Counted from the first letter of the stretch, positions 31,808 through 43,713 are shown. The stretch: DNA of 64,000 nt from an uncultured Gemmatimonadales bacterium (GCA_963821525.1 CAWGED010000008.1:96001-160000), one strand, 5' to 3'. Notes: a model not told the origin generated them from the sequence alone. Translations and numbers: made by a program.

Positions 31808-32464
31808 CTATCTGACGGGCATGTCGAACGCCACCGGATCCGGGACATCGAAGGAGTAGTGCCACCACTCCTGGTCGTACTGCTTGAATCCTTCCGCCTC
31901 CATCACCTGACGCAGCAACTGCCGGTAACGCATCGTGCGTCCCGACGCATTGGCCCAGTGCGCCTGTTCTGAGAACGTGTCGAACGGCGTACCCATGTCC
32001 ACTTCGCGGCCGCCGACCGAGAAATCAACCAGGGTCAGATCCACCGCCAGGCCGAGGTTGTGGCGACTCCGGCTCGCGATATATCCGTCCTGGATCAGGT
32101 GCATCTGCCCGGTCCGTCGCGCCCAGTCGACCATGGCCTGGGTAGCGCGCACGGGGCGATAACCATCGAAGATCTTGAGTCCCATGCCACCGCTCTCCAG
32201 CCGTTGCTGAACCCGGTGGAGCGCCTCGGCGGCTTCTCTCCGGAGATAGGCCTTGTTGGCCTCGTATCCGGGGAGAACCGCGCCGGTGAAGTTGTTCGGC
32301 GTGGAATAGCGCGCCTCGACCACGATGGTGCTGTCCTCGGCTCGGACATCCGCCAGCTCGCGCATGGCCACCGAATCGGGGGCGACGTACTGCGCCGAAT
32401 CCTGACCGAAGAGAGGTCCGGCGATTGAGGCCGTGGCGACCAAGGCAGAAATCAGTTGATTCAT
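31808..32464 (-). CDS. D-Ala-D-Ala dipeptidase (M15, VanX/DdpX family)
   Basis: IFDGYRP, SRHNLGLAVDL, DMGTPFD, EWWHY. Confidence 0.93.
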   Translation of the reverse strand: MNQLISALVATASIAGPLFGQDSAQYVAPDSVAMRELADVRAEDSTIVVEARYSTPNNFTGAVLPGYEANKAYLRREAAEALHRVQQRLESGGMGLKIFDGYRPVRATQAMVDWARRTGQMHLIQDGYIASRSRHNLGLAVDLTLVDFSVGGREVDMGTPFDTFSEQAHWANASGRTMRYRQLLRQVMEAEGFKQYDQEWWHYSFDVPDPVAFDMPVR

Positions 32465-32607
32465 CGCGCGGAGGGTGTGGGTGACCGGACGTTGCCCGGA
32501 TTGAAACGTACAATCTTCGCAGCTAAGCCATTTGGTGACAGGCTATTAGAGTAATCCGATAGCCGAGGTTAAAGCCATGTGCTATCTTGTCCTCGCAGTT
32601 GGCCGCG

Positions 32608-32650
32608 ACGCCCCGGGTGATCTCCCTGAACCCGGGCCGTTTCCTTTTTG
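32608..32650 (+). terminator. Intrinsic-terminator-like hairpin in the greA leader
   Basis: cccgggt-gatctccctga-acccggg followed by ccgtttcctttttg, ~13 nt before the greA ATG. Confidence 0.5.
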
Positions 32651-32662
32651 TCGAGTCCACCA

Positions 32663-33130
32663 ATGTTACGCGAGATGCGTCAGAAGCTGAGCAGCGAGAT
32701 CGGGCAGCTCAGTCACGAATTGAATGTGGTCATTCCCCAGGCGATCGCGCATGCGGTGGAGCTGGGTGACCTGCGGGAAAACTCGGAGTATAAGGCGGCC
32801 CTGGAGCGGCAGCAGTTCGTCCAGGCCCGGCTGGGCCAGTTGCACCAGCGACTAAGCCAGCTGAGTCAGCTGGCCAACACCGAGATACCCACCGACCGGG
32901 TCGGCCTCGGTTCCAAAGTCACGGTGGTGGACCTCAAGACCGACGAGACCGAGACCTACATGCTGGTGCTCGCCGAGATGATGGATCTCGATGCCGGTCA
33001 CATCTCCCTCGCCTCGCCGTTGGGCCGGGCGCTCAAAGACCGGAAGGTGGGCGATGAGATCGAGCTCCGGATTCCCCGCGGGATCCGGGCACTGCGGGTC
33101 GTCGAGTTGGAGACGGGGGTCGGGCCCTGA
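32663..33130 (+). CDS. greA: Transcription elongation factor GreA/GreB family
   Basis: GDLRENSEY, VGLGSKV, ISLASPLGRAL. Confidence 0.92.
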   Translation: MLREMRQKLSSEIGQLSHELNVVIPQAIAHAVELGDLRENSEYKAALERQQFVQARLGQLHQRLSQLSQLANTEIPTDRVGLGSKVTVVDLKTDETETYMLVLAEMMDLDAGHISLASPLGRALKDRKVGDEIELRIPRGIRALRVVELETGVGP

Positions 33131-33147
33131 CCGACTCTGATCGGCTT

Positions 33148-33516
33148 ATGGAATTCCCCAAGAAGCAGCTGCTCCTGGTAGGCGACCGGGTCCTCATCAC
33201 TCCCGAGGAAGGTGAGGACCGGATGCGGGCCGGCCTGTACCTGCCGCCGACCGCGGTGGATGCCATGCAGGTGCAGTCGGGGTTGGTCATCGCGGTGGGC
33301 CCCGGCGATCCGGTTGCCGACATGAGCAGCAGCGATGATGAGCCCTGGAAGATCGGCGAACGCCAGCCGCGCTGGCGCCCCATGCAGGCCCGGGTGGGAG
33401 ACCACGCCATCTTCTTCCGGAAGGCGGCGGTGGAGATCACGTTCGAGGAAAAACGGTACCTCGTCGTTCCCCAGGCCGCGATACTCGTTCTAGTTAGAGA
33501 AGAGATGCCAATTTGA
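33148..33516 (+). CDS. GroES (Cpn10) family protein, stand-alone
   Basis: GDRVLI, GLYLP, GLVIAVGPG, VGD; no groEL adjacent. Confidence 0.85.
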   Translation: MEFPKKQLLLVGDRVLITPEEGEDRMRAGLYLPPTAVDAMQVQSGLVIAVGPGDPVADMSSSDDEPWKIGERQPRWRPMQARVGDHAIFFRKAAVEITFEEKRYLVVPQAAILVLVREEMPI

Positions 33517-33592
33517 TTGAAGATTGAAGATTTCAGATTTAAGATTTGCAGGTTCAAGCCGATCATTAGTCGAAAGTCTTCAATCTGCAATC
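33513..33592. repeat. Inverted heptamer element (AGATTKM)n / (CAATCTK)n
   Basis: gattgaagattgaagatttcagatttaagattt ... tcttcaatctgcaatct; starts at the stop codon. Confidence 0.85.
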
Positions 33593-33609
33593 TCCGACCA
33601 ATTCCCACC

Positions 33610-34119
33610 ATGCCCCTAACCCGCTTCCCCGACCACGAAGACAAGCGGGTCTTCCTGTCCACCGTCCTCTCGTTCAACCTGCCTCCCCCGGATGGCGCGC
33701 ACAGCGACCGCCTTTCCGTGGCCGTCTTGTGGGTCGATCGGGACACCCCATCCGCTGACGAACTGAGCCCTGACTTCGCCATGGAATTGCTGGACCATGG
33801 CGCCCTGGCCCTGGTACTTGGTGGAAGCGCCTCCGAGCAGACCGCGGCACTCTTCGAGCAGACCATCGAGGATGGAGAGTTCGTGCGCGGTCCCGACGAG
33901 GAGATCAGCATCTGGGTCGATCCCGAGGCCCCGCTCGACGAGGTGCTCTGGACGGCGGCCGAAGAGGCCATGCCCCCGGACGCCTTCGCCGACCGGCCCT
34001 GGGATATCGTCTGCTGGGCCCGGAGCGGCGATGCCATGGTGGCCAAGCTGCGTGATGCGCTGGCGCGGCTCGGTGCCATTGTAGATGATCGCTACGAGCT
34101 GGGTGGTGACGACGAATGA
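33610..34119 (+). CDS. Acidic hypothetical protein
   Basis: Clean ORF with GC3-rich codons, coupled to the next gene (ATGA). Confidence 0.7.
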   Translation: MPLTRFPDHEDKRVFLSTVLSFNLPPPDGAHSDRLSVAVLWVDRDTPSADELSPDFAMELLDHGALALVLGGSASEQTAALFEQTIEDGEFVRGPDEEISIWVDPEAPLDEVLWTAAEEAMPPDAFADRPWDIVCWARSGDAMVAKLRDALARLGAIVDDRYELGGDDE

Positions 34120-34493
34120 GCAGCTTGCCCCAGCGTGCCTACCGGTTTGGCATGTGGGGGCTCGTGGCACTCGGCCTGCCCGGACTCTTCGCCGCATTCC
34201 TCGGCGCACTGCGGATAATCCCTCTCCCCCTCGGCATCGCGGGAGGCTTCACCTTCCTGACTTGCGCGTTGCTCGGTGCGCTTGTGGGACTTCAGGCACG
34301 GCGCCAGATGCAGCTGCAGCGAGAGCGGGAGAACTACTCGACAATGCTCATCATCCTCGCCAATCAATTGCGAGTCCAGGATGATGTCGTGCTGCAACGG
34401 ATCGCCGGAAAGGGCGGTCCGGCGGGAGAGGCGGCGGAGATGGTGCTTCAGGGGAGACGGGAGAAGGGAGACAGGAGACAGGGGAACAGGTGA
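34116..34493 (+). CDS. Hypothetical membrane protein (2 TM)
   Basis: Two hydrophobic segments; the C-terminal GRREKGDRRQGNR is encoded by repeat DNA. Confidence 0.7.
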   Translation: MSSLPQRAYRFGMWGLVALGLPGLFAAFLGALRIIPLPLGIAGGFTFLTCALLGALVGLQARRQMQLQRERENYSTMLIILANQLRVQDDVVLQRIAGKGGPAGEAAEMVLQGRREKGDRRQGNR

Positions 34494-34622
34494 ACGGGGA
34501 ACGGTGAACGGGCGTTTTCCGAGATCGATCAGGCTCTGGCGGACGAGGTGTCCGACTAGTTGCTCTGACCCCTGACCACCTGACCCCCGTTCCCCGTTCC
34601 CCGTTCCCCGTTCCCGTTCTCC
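34451..34622. repeat. Composite heptamer element (GGGAGAC/GGGGAAC)n ... (CCTGACC)n (GTTCCCC)n
   Basis: Left arm overlaps the 3' end of CDS 34116..34493; right arm ccccgttccccgttccccgttccccgttccc. Confidence 0.9.
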
Positions 34623-34630
34623 ATTCGTGA

Positions 34631-35152
34631 ATGTGCTTCCACCTCTACCTCGCCAGTCCCCTCACGCTGAGCGAGGTCCGGTCCATGCTGCCGAAGGGGC
34701 TCGCCGCCGATCTGCTCGATCCGGGGGAGCAACGGGCGTTGAAGCAGCTTCACCCCGATGCGCAAACGGTTGCGCGACTGGTCCACGGCGCCTGCTCCTG
34801 CGATCTCGTGGTCCAACGGCACCCGGTGAGCCGGGAAGACGAGGCCTGGCTCCGGCGCCGCTACCGGGAGCAGGGGCTCCCGAGAACCGCAGTCCTCGCT
34901 GCGCTGGAGCGCCACCGCCGAGCCGCTGCCGAGCGACCCCAGCCCGCGGGTTTCTGGCCGCGCCAGGTTGCCGACTTCGTGGTCGAGCACGCACGCAATG
35001 CGGGCCCTACCCTCTACTATCTCCACTTCTCGCACGACGGCACCCTCGGAGTTCTTCCCCCGGGCGAGCCGCAGGCTCAGCGCGCCAGCGAAGTTCGGAT
35101 GAACCCGGAGGGCTGGCTCCAGGAAGAAAGGCAGGTTCTGGTCCTGCCCTGA
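34631..35152 (+). CDS. Hypothetical protein (MCF start, CSC motif)
   Basis: Clean ORF in operon orientation. Confidence 0.7.
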   Translation: MCFHLYLASPLTLSEVRSMLPKGLAADLLDPGEQRALKQLHPDAQTVARLVHGACSCDLVVQRHPVSREDEAWLRRRYREQGLPRTAVLAALERHRRAAAERPQPAGFWPRQVADFVVEHARNAGPTLYYLHFSHDGTLGVLPPGEPQAQRASEVRMNPEGWLQEERQVLVLP

Positions 35153-35198
35153 CGCGGCGGAAGGAAATGAGGCATCTTCCAGCCAGGGAACGGGCGCT

Positions 35199-35618
35199 AT
35201 GTCTCATACCTCGCGGCTTTATCTGCGCGCGCTGCAATTGCGCTGTCCCGCCTGTGGCGGCAGGCCTGTGTTCGTCTCCTGGTTTCGCATGTGCCCCAAT
35301 TGCCCCTCATGTGGGCTGCACTTCGATCGGGAGCCGGAGGGCGGCTACTGGGTGGGCTCCTACACGATCAACCTGATGCTGACGGAAGCGGCACTCGCGG
35401 CGGCCTTCCTCATCGGGATGTGGGTCACCTGGCCCCAGCCGCCCTGGGATCTGCTGGTGTACGGCGATATCGCCGTCGCTGCAATCGTGCCGGTCCTGGT
35501 CTTTCCCTATTCGAAGACCCTCTTCATTGCCGTGGATCTCACCTTTCGCCCGAAAGAGCCTGAGGACTATGAGACTCCACGCGAGATCGCACCCCACCCC
35601 ACCCGCCCTCGCCGCTGA
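35199..35618 (+). CDS. DUF983 family protein
   Basis: RCPACG...CPSCG zinc ribbon followed by two TMs. Confidence 0.85.
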   Translation: MSHTSRLYLRALQLRCPACGGRPVFVSWFRMCPNCPSCGLHFDREPEGGYWVGSYTINLMLTEAALAAAFLIGMWVTWPQPPWDLLVYGDIAVAAIVPVLVFPYSKTLFIAVDLTFRPKEPEDYETPREIAPHPTRPRR

Positions 35619-35630
35619 GATACGACCGGG

Positions 35631-35970
35631 ATGCCAATGTTGCGCGTGACTGCCCTCTCGATTGCCGCCATCGGCGGCGCGCTGGGTCTTGCCTGCGGTA
35701 CGTCGTATGTGCTGGCGTCTCGGACCGCTTCGAAGGCGGCGGCCCGGATTGCACCGGATCTGGGACCGGTCGAGTCCGACTTCGGTTTCCATTATCACGC
35801 AGCAGGAGAGGGCGAGAAGACTGGGCTGGGAATTCACCTACGGACCCAGCGGGGCGATGGGCCCGGTGACGCTCGAACTCTACATCGGCGTGGGTGGCCG
35901 GCTGTATCAGACTCAACCGCCCGAAGCGCTCGATCGGCTGAAGACTTCCAGATCCCCAGGTTCCAACTAG
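35631..35970 (+). CDS. Hypothetical exported protein (frameshift near 35820)
   Basis: N-terminal hydrophobic segment; continues as WEFTYGP...LYIGVGGRLY in a second frame. Confidence 0.5.
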
Positions 35971-36103
35971 CCACACCTCCCCCTCATCGTAGGCTCGGCG
36001 CGTTCGCCGTCTTGACAATCCCGGCTAGCGCGCCTTATCTCGGCCTTCGCAGACCCCGTCGTCCTTCACCGCAAAATTCGCTAGAGCAACCACGGAGGGG
36101 CCT

Positions 36104-39068
36104 ATGAAGCCTCGATTGGTATGGCTCGCAGCCGCGTACCTCGCGTTAGCGGGGACGTCTCTGGCTGCCCAGGAGCGGGTACTAACAGGGACGGTAACCG
36201 ATTCGGCCACAGGAGATCCCATCGCAGGGGCGTCCATCGGGATTCAGGGTACCCGAATAGCGACGCATACCAATGCCAGCGGCGTGTTCAACCTGGCGGC
36301 CCTTCCCGATTCCGATCTCACGGTGATGATCCGGTTCATCGGCTACCGCAAGCGGGACATCGTAGTACCGGCCGGTCAGACCACCATGACGGTTCAACTG
36401 GTCAAGGACCTGTTCAAGCTGGAAGAGATCGTGGTGACCGGGCAGGCCACCGGGATCGAACGGAAGAACATCGCAACCTCGGTCGCGACCGTGTCGGCCG
36501 ACGAAATGAACATTACCCCGTCGGTCAGCGTCGAGTCGCAGCTGGTGGGCAAGGTCGCGGGGGCAGATATCCAGAGCAATGGGGGAGCGCCCGGTGGCGG
36601 CCTGCAAATGCGCCTCCGCGGTACGACCTCGATCAACGCGTCCGCTTCGCCGCTCTACGTCGTGGACGGGATCGTGGTGAGCGATATCGCGATTCCCTCC
36701 AATCAGAACGCCGTGACCAAGGCGGCAGCGGGGGGCAATACGTCGCCCGACCAGGATGCGCAGGTGAACCGCATCGCCGACCTCAACCCCGAAGACATTC
36801 AGTCAGTCGAGATTCTGAAGGGCGCCGCCGCCTCGGCCATCTACGGAGGACGGGCGTCGAACGGCGTCGTGATCATCAGCACCAAGCGAGGCCAGGTCGG
36901 CAAGCCGCAAGTGAACCTGACCCAGCGGTTCGGTGTCTCCGAGTTGGAGCGTACGGTCGGCTCCCGCACTTTCGAGACGGCGGCCGAAGTCGACTCCACC
37001 TATGGAGTAGGCACCGCCGCCGCAACGGGCTACACCACCGGTCTGTCGAACGACCTCGAGTAACAGCTCGCCCATCGGAAGGACCTCGCCGCCGAGACCT
37101 ATATCAGCGTCAGTGGCGGTGGAGAGGGTACCCGGTACTACGTCGCCGGCCAGGTTCAGAACACTCCAGGGATCATCGACAACACCGGATATCAAAGGCA
37201 GTCGGTGCGACTGAACCTCGACCAGGTACTCGGCTCCCGAATTCACGGCTCGCTGAACGCCAACGTAGTGCATACCCTGGCCCAGCGCGGCCTCACCAAC
37301 AACGACAACTCCGGCACCAGCTTCGGAGTGGTGTTCTCGAGTACGCCGGACTTCACCAATCTGACGCGCCGGAACGACGGCACATTTAACCTCAATCCTT
37401 TTGTGCCGAGCAACCCGCTGCAGACCGCGGCGCTGATGAAGAACGACGAAACGGTATGGCGCTTCTTCTCATCCGCCGCGGTGGATTTCGACCTGGTCAC
37501 CAACAAGAACAATTCGCTCAAGCTGATCGCCATCGGCGGCCTGGACTACTTCAGCCAGGAAAACGAGCTCTTCTTCCCCCCGGACTTGCAGTTCGAGCCG
37601 AATGACGGCGAGCTGGGGACCTCGCTCCTCAAGGAAAGCGACAATCTCAACCTCAACCTCGACCTGAATGCGGTTCATACCTACACGCCGTCGAGCCGTA
37701 GCTGGAGCGCCAGGACGTCGGCGGGGATCCAGACAACCCGTCGCGATCTCGGCGTCCTGCAGAACGAGGGATACAACCTGGTCGGTGGGCAGGAAAGCAT
37801 CGATGCCGCCACCCGCAAAGTGGTGCTCCGCAATCAGGAGCTGGTGAAGAACCTGGGGTATTTCCTGCAGGAAGACTTCCTGGCCGACAAGGAACGCTGG
37901 CTGTTAAGCCTGGGGGTCCGGGCCGACCAGAGCAGCCTCAATTCGGACGCCAGCCAGCTGTTCTGGTACCCGAAGGCGGCGACGTCGTACCGGTTTGTGA
38001 AACCGGCCGGCTTCCTCGACGAGCTGAAGCTGCGGATTGCCTATGGCGAGTCCGGTCTGGAACCCGACTACGGCCAGAAGTTCACCCCGCTGGACGCCTC
38101 CCAGAACATCGGCGGGCTTCCCACCATCGTGGTCCTGGGAACCATCGGCGCCCCTGACCTCCACCCCGAGCGGGAGCGGGAAATCGAGGGCGGCTTTGAC
38201 GCTTACTTGTGGAACCAGACCGCGACACTCGAGTTCAGCGTCTACCAGAAGAACCTCAGCGATCTGCTGGTCCCTCGCGCGCTGCATGAGTCATCGGGCT
38301 ACATCACCGAGTTCCTCAATGGCGGCGCGATGAAGACCCAGGGACTCGAGATCGCGGCGGCGGTCCAGCCGATCCAGAAGCGGAACTTCAACTGGCTGAG
38401 CCGGGCCACTTTCTCCACCACCAAAACCAACATCACGGAGCTCGACGTGCCCGCGTTCGAGACCGGCGGCTTCGGCACTTCGATTGGCGCTTTCAAGATC
38501 GAAAAAGGTGCCAGCGCCACGCAGATCGTGGGTAACGACACCACAGCCAACGGCAGCATTGTTGTGCACAAGGTAGGTGAAGCCAACCCCAACTTTCGGA
38601 TGGGGTTTGTGAACGATTTCGTGGTTCATGATTTCACCCTGCACACCTTGCTCGATTGGCAGTACGGCGGCGACATCCTCAACCTCACCAAGCTGCTCTA
38701 CGATTTCGGCGGAGTCACCAAGGACTTTGACACGCCGATCTCCGGCAGCAGCGAGACGGTGGGACAGCGCCGGCTCAGAGGATTCGGCCAAGATGACCAA
38801 GAACTGGATCGAGAGCGCCAGTTTCCTGAAGCTGCGGGAGATCGCGCTCACCTATAACCTGCCCTACAGCGTCGTCGGCGGACTCTGGCGGGGTGCCCGG
38901 TACGCCCGGTTTACGGTGGCCGCCCGGAATCTGTTCCTCGATGTGCCGTACGACGGGTACGACCCGGAAGTCAGCAACTTCGGCAATCAGCCGATCGCGC
39001 GGAACATCGACGTCGCACCCTTCCCGCCGAGCCGCAGTTTCTGGTTCAGCGTGGATATCGGCTTCTAA
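36104..39068 (+). CDS. SusC/RagA family TonB-dependent outer membrane protein (in-frame TAA at 37061; frameshift near 38790)
   Basis: LEEIVVTG, PLYVVDG, DIQSVEILKGAAASAIYG..ASNGVVII plug; C-terminal SVDIGF. Confidence 0.93.
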
Positions 39069-39091
39069 CTCGACGCCCTGAGGAAACTGCC

Positions 39092-40491
39092 ATGAGAACG
39101 CTCAAGATCACGGCACTCACGGGGCTGCTGCTCGCCAGTGGGTGCAACACGCTGGATGTACCGGATCTCAACAACCCCGGGCAGGACGAGCTGGAGAACC
39201 ACCCGACCCGCGCGGGAGTCCTCGCCGCGACGACAGGGATGCTCTTCGGTACCCGGCTCGGTATGGCGGATCAGAACGGATACATCATGGAACTGGGGAT
39301 TCTCGGCCGGGAGTCATACAACCTGGATCCCGCCGACCCTCGCTTTGTGACTGAACTCCTGGTTGGGCCGCTCGACGGAGGCAGCAACGCCTTCGGCGGC
39401 AATCTCTTCGCCCAGCCGTATGCCGATATCCGGGGTGGTAACATCGTACTCCGGGCACTCGCCAAGCTGCCCGCCTCGGCGATGACGACCGAGGAGATCG
39501 AGGCGACAACCGGCTTTGTGCAGACCATCCAGGCGCTCGATTTTCTCCACGTGATTAGTACCCGGGACGATCTCGGCGCGCCGATTGATGTGGATATCGA
39601 CCCGGTAGCAGCGCCGGCCCCGATTGCCACCAAGGCCGAGGTATATACCCACATCGTGAACCTGCTCGATTCGGCCGAGACGCACCTGGCGGCCGGCGGC
39701 ACTGTCTTTCCATTTCCGCTCAGTAACGGGTTCATAGGATTCGACACTCCGGTGAACTTCGCAAAGTTCAACCGGGGGCTCCGGGCCCGGGTCGCGATCT
39801 ATATGGACGATTTCGCCGGCGCGTTAACCGCGCTGCAGGGATCGTTTCTCAATACCGCAGCACCGCTGGGGCTGGGGGTCTACTACGTCTACTCCACGAC
39901 CGCCGGCGATCGGGTGAACTTGCTGTTTGACAATAGCGTTCCTGACACAACGCAGCCGCGGGCGCTGCAGGCCCACCCCTCGATTCTGACCGACGCGCAG
40001 CTGCAGGCAGGCGGTGCGCTGGATCAGCGGGCCCTGGACAAGACCGAGGTCTTTATACCACCCACGAACGACCTCGGTATCCCGACGAACCTGAAGTTCA
40101 CGATCTATCAGACCAATTTGGATCCGATTCCAATCATGAAGAACGAGGAATTGATCCTGTTGCGGGCCGAAGCCAACATCGGCTTGAACCAGTTGGGTGC
40201 CGCGGTCACGGATATCGACTTGATCCGGACCACGTCAGGGAACCTCCCGCCGTACTCCGGCACGGTGGACCAGCCCTCGCTGTTGACGGAGCTGTTGTAC
40301 AACAAGCGCTATTCGCTGCTCCTGGAAGGTGGCTACCGCTGGATCGACCTCCGGCACTACGGGTTGCTCAACACGCTTCCCAGGGATCTGCCGAATTTCA
40401 AGATCTTCACCCGGATGCCGTTCCCGCGGAACGACTGCCTGGCCCGGAATCCGACGCCAGCGTGGGATGTGCCCTGGAGCCAGGGTTCTAG
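39092..40491 (+). CDS. RagB/SusD family lipoprotein (probable frameshift in the last codons)
   Basis: Lipobox LASGC, ELILLRAEA, SLLLEGGYRWIDLR; probable true stop at 40489-40491, before the terminator. Confidence 0.92.
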
Positions 40492-40516
40492 AGGAAGCTC
40501 GACAGTACCGAAAAAC

Positions 40517-40560
40517 ACGAATGACCCTCCGGCGATCGTTGCCGGAGGGTCGTTCGTTTT
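40517..40560 (+). terminator. Rho-independent terminator
   Basis: acgaatgaccctccggc-gatcgtt-gccggagggtcgttcgt followed by tttt. Confidence 0.85.
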
Positions 40561-40693
40561 ATCGGCCAGTGACGCTTAATCAATCAGCTGAATCGCAGGT
40601 GGGCTTTTTCCATCATCGACCAGTTTTTCGCCTCGACCGTCTTGTCCGTCCCGTCCGCCTTTATAATTCCTCCAGGAATCTTGGAGAACGCCA

Positions 40694-42362
40694 TTGTCCC
40701 ACGACCCGCACGCAACCACCCCGCTCGACCGCGGCCGAGCATCGTTTGAACGAAAGGCCTGGGGCAGCGCCTACCGCGAGCTGAATGCCGCGGCGCGCGA
40801 TGCCGCACTCTGCGCCGAAGACCTGGAGCGGCTCGCCTTCACCGCCCGCCTGCTCGGCAACCAGACCGAATGTGCCGACCTGCTGGCCCGCGCCCACCAG
40901 GAATTCCTCAATCAGGGCGAGACGGCACGCGCGGCGCGAGCCGCGATCTGGCTCGCCTTCCATTCCCATTTCAGAGGAGAAGTGGCCCGCGGCAACGGCT
41001 GGGTGGCCCGGGCCAACCGGATCCTGGAAGCTCATGCAGCAGGAGTGCGTCGAGTCGGGCTACCTGCTCCACCTCTCCGCGGTTCAAACGTTCTTCGAGG
41101 GCGACGCGGCGAAGGCCCACGCCCTGTTTGTCGAAGCCACGAAAATCGGCGAGCGCTTTGGAGATCGGGACCTGATGACGCTGGCGCGGCATGGTCAGGG
41201 CCGGGCACTCATCCGGATGGACCAGGCGACGCGGGGAGTCTCTCTGCTGGACGAGGCCATGGTCGCGATTACGGCCGGCGATGTCTCCTCCGCCATCGTC
41301 GGCGACGTGTACTGCAGCGTGATCGAAGGATGCCACGAGATCTTCGACCTGCGTCGAGCCCAGGAGTGGACCACGGCGCTCGCGGAGTGGTGTGCTTCAC
41401 AGCCCGACCTGGTGCCTTATCAGGGAAGCTGTCTGGTCCATCGTGCTCAGATCCTGCAGTTGCACGGAGCCTGGGACGAGGCCATGGACGAGGCGCGGCA
41501 GGCCCGCGAACGGTTCTCCAATCCTCCGGGACAGCGCGCGATCGGTGGAGCGTACTATCTGTTGGGAGAGCTGTTTCGTCTCACCGGTGATTATCGCCGA
41601 AGCGGAACAGGCCTATCTCGCGGCGGGTCATCATGGACTCCAGCCGGAGCCGGGACTGGCTCAACTCAAGCTGGCCCAGGGCGACGAGGCACGCCGCAGC
41701 GGGAGCGATACGCCGCTCACTGAAGGAGGTCACGGGACCTCCGAAGCTCCGGCGCACCGGCTCTCGCCGGCCGCGGTAGACATCATGCTGGCAGCGAAAG
41801 AGACTCGCCGAGGCGCGTGTCCGCGGCCGACGAGCTCGCGAGAATGGCGAAGCATCTCGATGCCCCATACCTGCTGGCTGCGGCCGCCCAAGCCGAAGGG
41901 AATGTTTTGCTCGCTGAAGGGAAACCCAACGATGCATTGACCGAGCTGCGCAACGCCTGGCAGCTCTGGTGCGCACTCGAGGCGCCCTACGATGCGGCCA
42001 GATCACGGGTCGCGATCGGTCTCGCCTGTCGCGCGATGGGAGATCCCGCCACCGCGGAACTCGAATTCGAGGCCGCTCGACGCGAGTTCCAGCGCCTCGG
42101 CGCCCAGCCGGACCTGGAAGGCCTGCGGCGTCTTACTGCGCCAACCGATTCAGCTGCGGGCGGGCTGACCCTGCGCGAGGTGGAAGTGCTTCGCGAGATT
42201 GCGGCCGGAAAGTCCAATCGGAAGATCGCGGAGGACCTGGGGATCAGCGAGAAGACCGTAGCGCGTCACGTAAGCAACATCTTCACCAAGTTGGGTTTAT
42301 CGAGCCGAGCCGCGGCGACGGCCTACGCCTACCAGCATCACCTGGTCAATTCGGCTACATAG
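40694..42362 (+). CDS. LuxR C-terminal HTH regulator with TPR-like N-terminus (several frameshifts)
   Basis: VYCSVIEGCHE, CLVHRAQIL; C-terminal LTLREVEVLREIAAGKSNRKIAEDLGISEKTVARHVSNIF. Confidence 0.88.
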
Positions 42363-42478
42363 AAATACCCACGGCGTTTCCCGACGCCGGATGGCCACTT
42401 CGCCCGATGCGGCGAGGACCCGCCTTTCCTATCATCTCTCCGTCTATTGAGTCACCGGTTTCTCGAAGGGAGATGATC

Positions 42479-43572
42479 ATGCAGGGTAACGAACGGTTCC
42501 AGGTCGTGATCGTGGGCGGCGGTCAGGGGGGTCTCGCGGTCGGGTATCACCTCGCCCGGCGAAAGATCCCCTTTGTCATTCTCGACGCAAACCCGAGAGT
42601 GGGCGACTCCTGGCGGAAACGCTGGGACTCGCTGCGTCTCTTCAGTCCCGCGCTTCTACGATGGCCTTCCGGGTCTTCGATTCCCCGCTGGCCCCGGTGC
42701 GAAGCCGACCAAGGACCAGATGGGGAATTACCTCGAAGGGTACGCATCGCACTTCAAGCTGCCGGTGCGCTCCGGCGTCCGAGTCACTCGACTCTCGAGG
42801 CAGGGCGACCATTTCCTGGTGGAGGCAGGAGAGGAAGCGGTTCGAAGCGGAGCAGGTGGTGATCGCCACGGGAAACTATTGCCGGCCACGGATCCCGCGG
42901 TTCGCGCCGGAGCTCGACCTGGGGATCGTGCAGTTTCACTCGAGCCAGTACCGGAACCTGTCACAGCTCGCTCCCGGCGGAGTCTTGATAGTTGGCGCGG
43001 GCAATTCGGGAGCGGAGATCGCGATTGAGACGGTGAAGAAACATCCCACGTGGCTCGCAGGCAAAGAAACCGGAAACGTGCCGTTCCGGGTGGACAGTCT
43101 CGCCGGGCGCTTCCTCTTCGTGCACCTGATCCGCGCACTCGGCCACAACATCCTCAACGTGGACACGCCGATCGGGAGAAAGGTGAGGCCCAGGATGCTG
43201 CTGCGGGCGACACCGCTGGTCCGGGTCAAGCCGAAGGATCTCATCGCGGCGGGCGTCAAGAGAGTGCCACGAGTGATCGGGGTGGAGCGCGGTCTGCCCA
43301 AGCTCGAGGATGGACAGGTCCTGCAAGTCGAGAACGTGATCTGGTCCACCGGCTTTCTGCCGGGTCTCGAGTGGGTGGATCTCCCGATCTTCGGCGTAGA
43401 TGGCGCGCCGTTGCACGATCGGGGCATCGTGACGAGCGAGCCCGGACTCTACTTCGTGGGACTCCACTTCCAGTACAGCCATGACGTCGGATCTGATCAA
43501 CGGAGTGGGGCGGGATGCGAAATGGGTGGCAGAGGCGATTGCGGAGCGGAAGGAGACGATCCGGCGGCGTGA
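42479..43572 (+). CDS. FAD-dependent oxidoreductase (flavin-containing monooxygenase / CzcO-like), frameshifted
   Basis: VVIVGGGQGG, WRKRWDSLRLF, FHSSQY, VGAGNSG, PGLYFVG. Confidence 0.88.
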
Positions 43573-43581
43573 GGTGGGGCG

Positions 43582-43712
43582 GGAATGGCGGAATGGCGGA
43601 ATGGCGGAATGGCGGAATGGCGGAATGGCGGAATGGCGGAATGGAGCGAGGTGAAACCGCAGAAGTTCTGCGTCAACCCATTCGTTCATTCCGCCATTCG
43701 TTCATTCCTCAA
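43582..43712. repeat. Octamer array (GGAATGGC)7 plus degenerate inverted arm (CATTCSKY)n
   Basis: Seven perfect copies at 43582-43637; cattcgttcattccgccattcgttcattcc at ~43679-43708. Confidence 0.95.
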
Positions 43713-43713
43713 T

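Noticed and set aside
31808..32464. vanX as evidence of vancomycin resistance
   Set aside because: No vanH/vanA/vanRS neighbours; has a signal peptide and looks like a housekeeping M15 peptidase.
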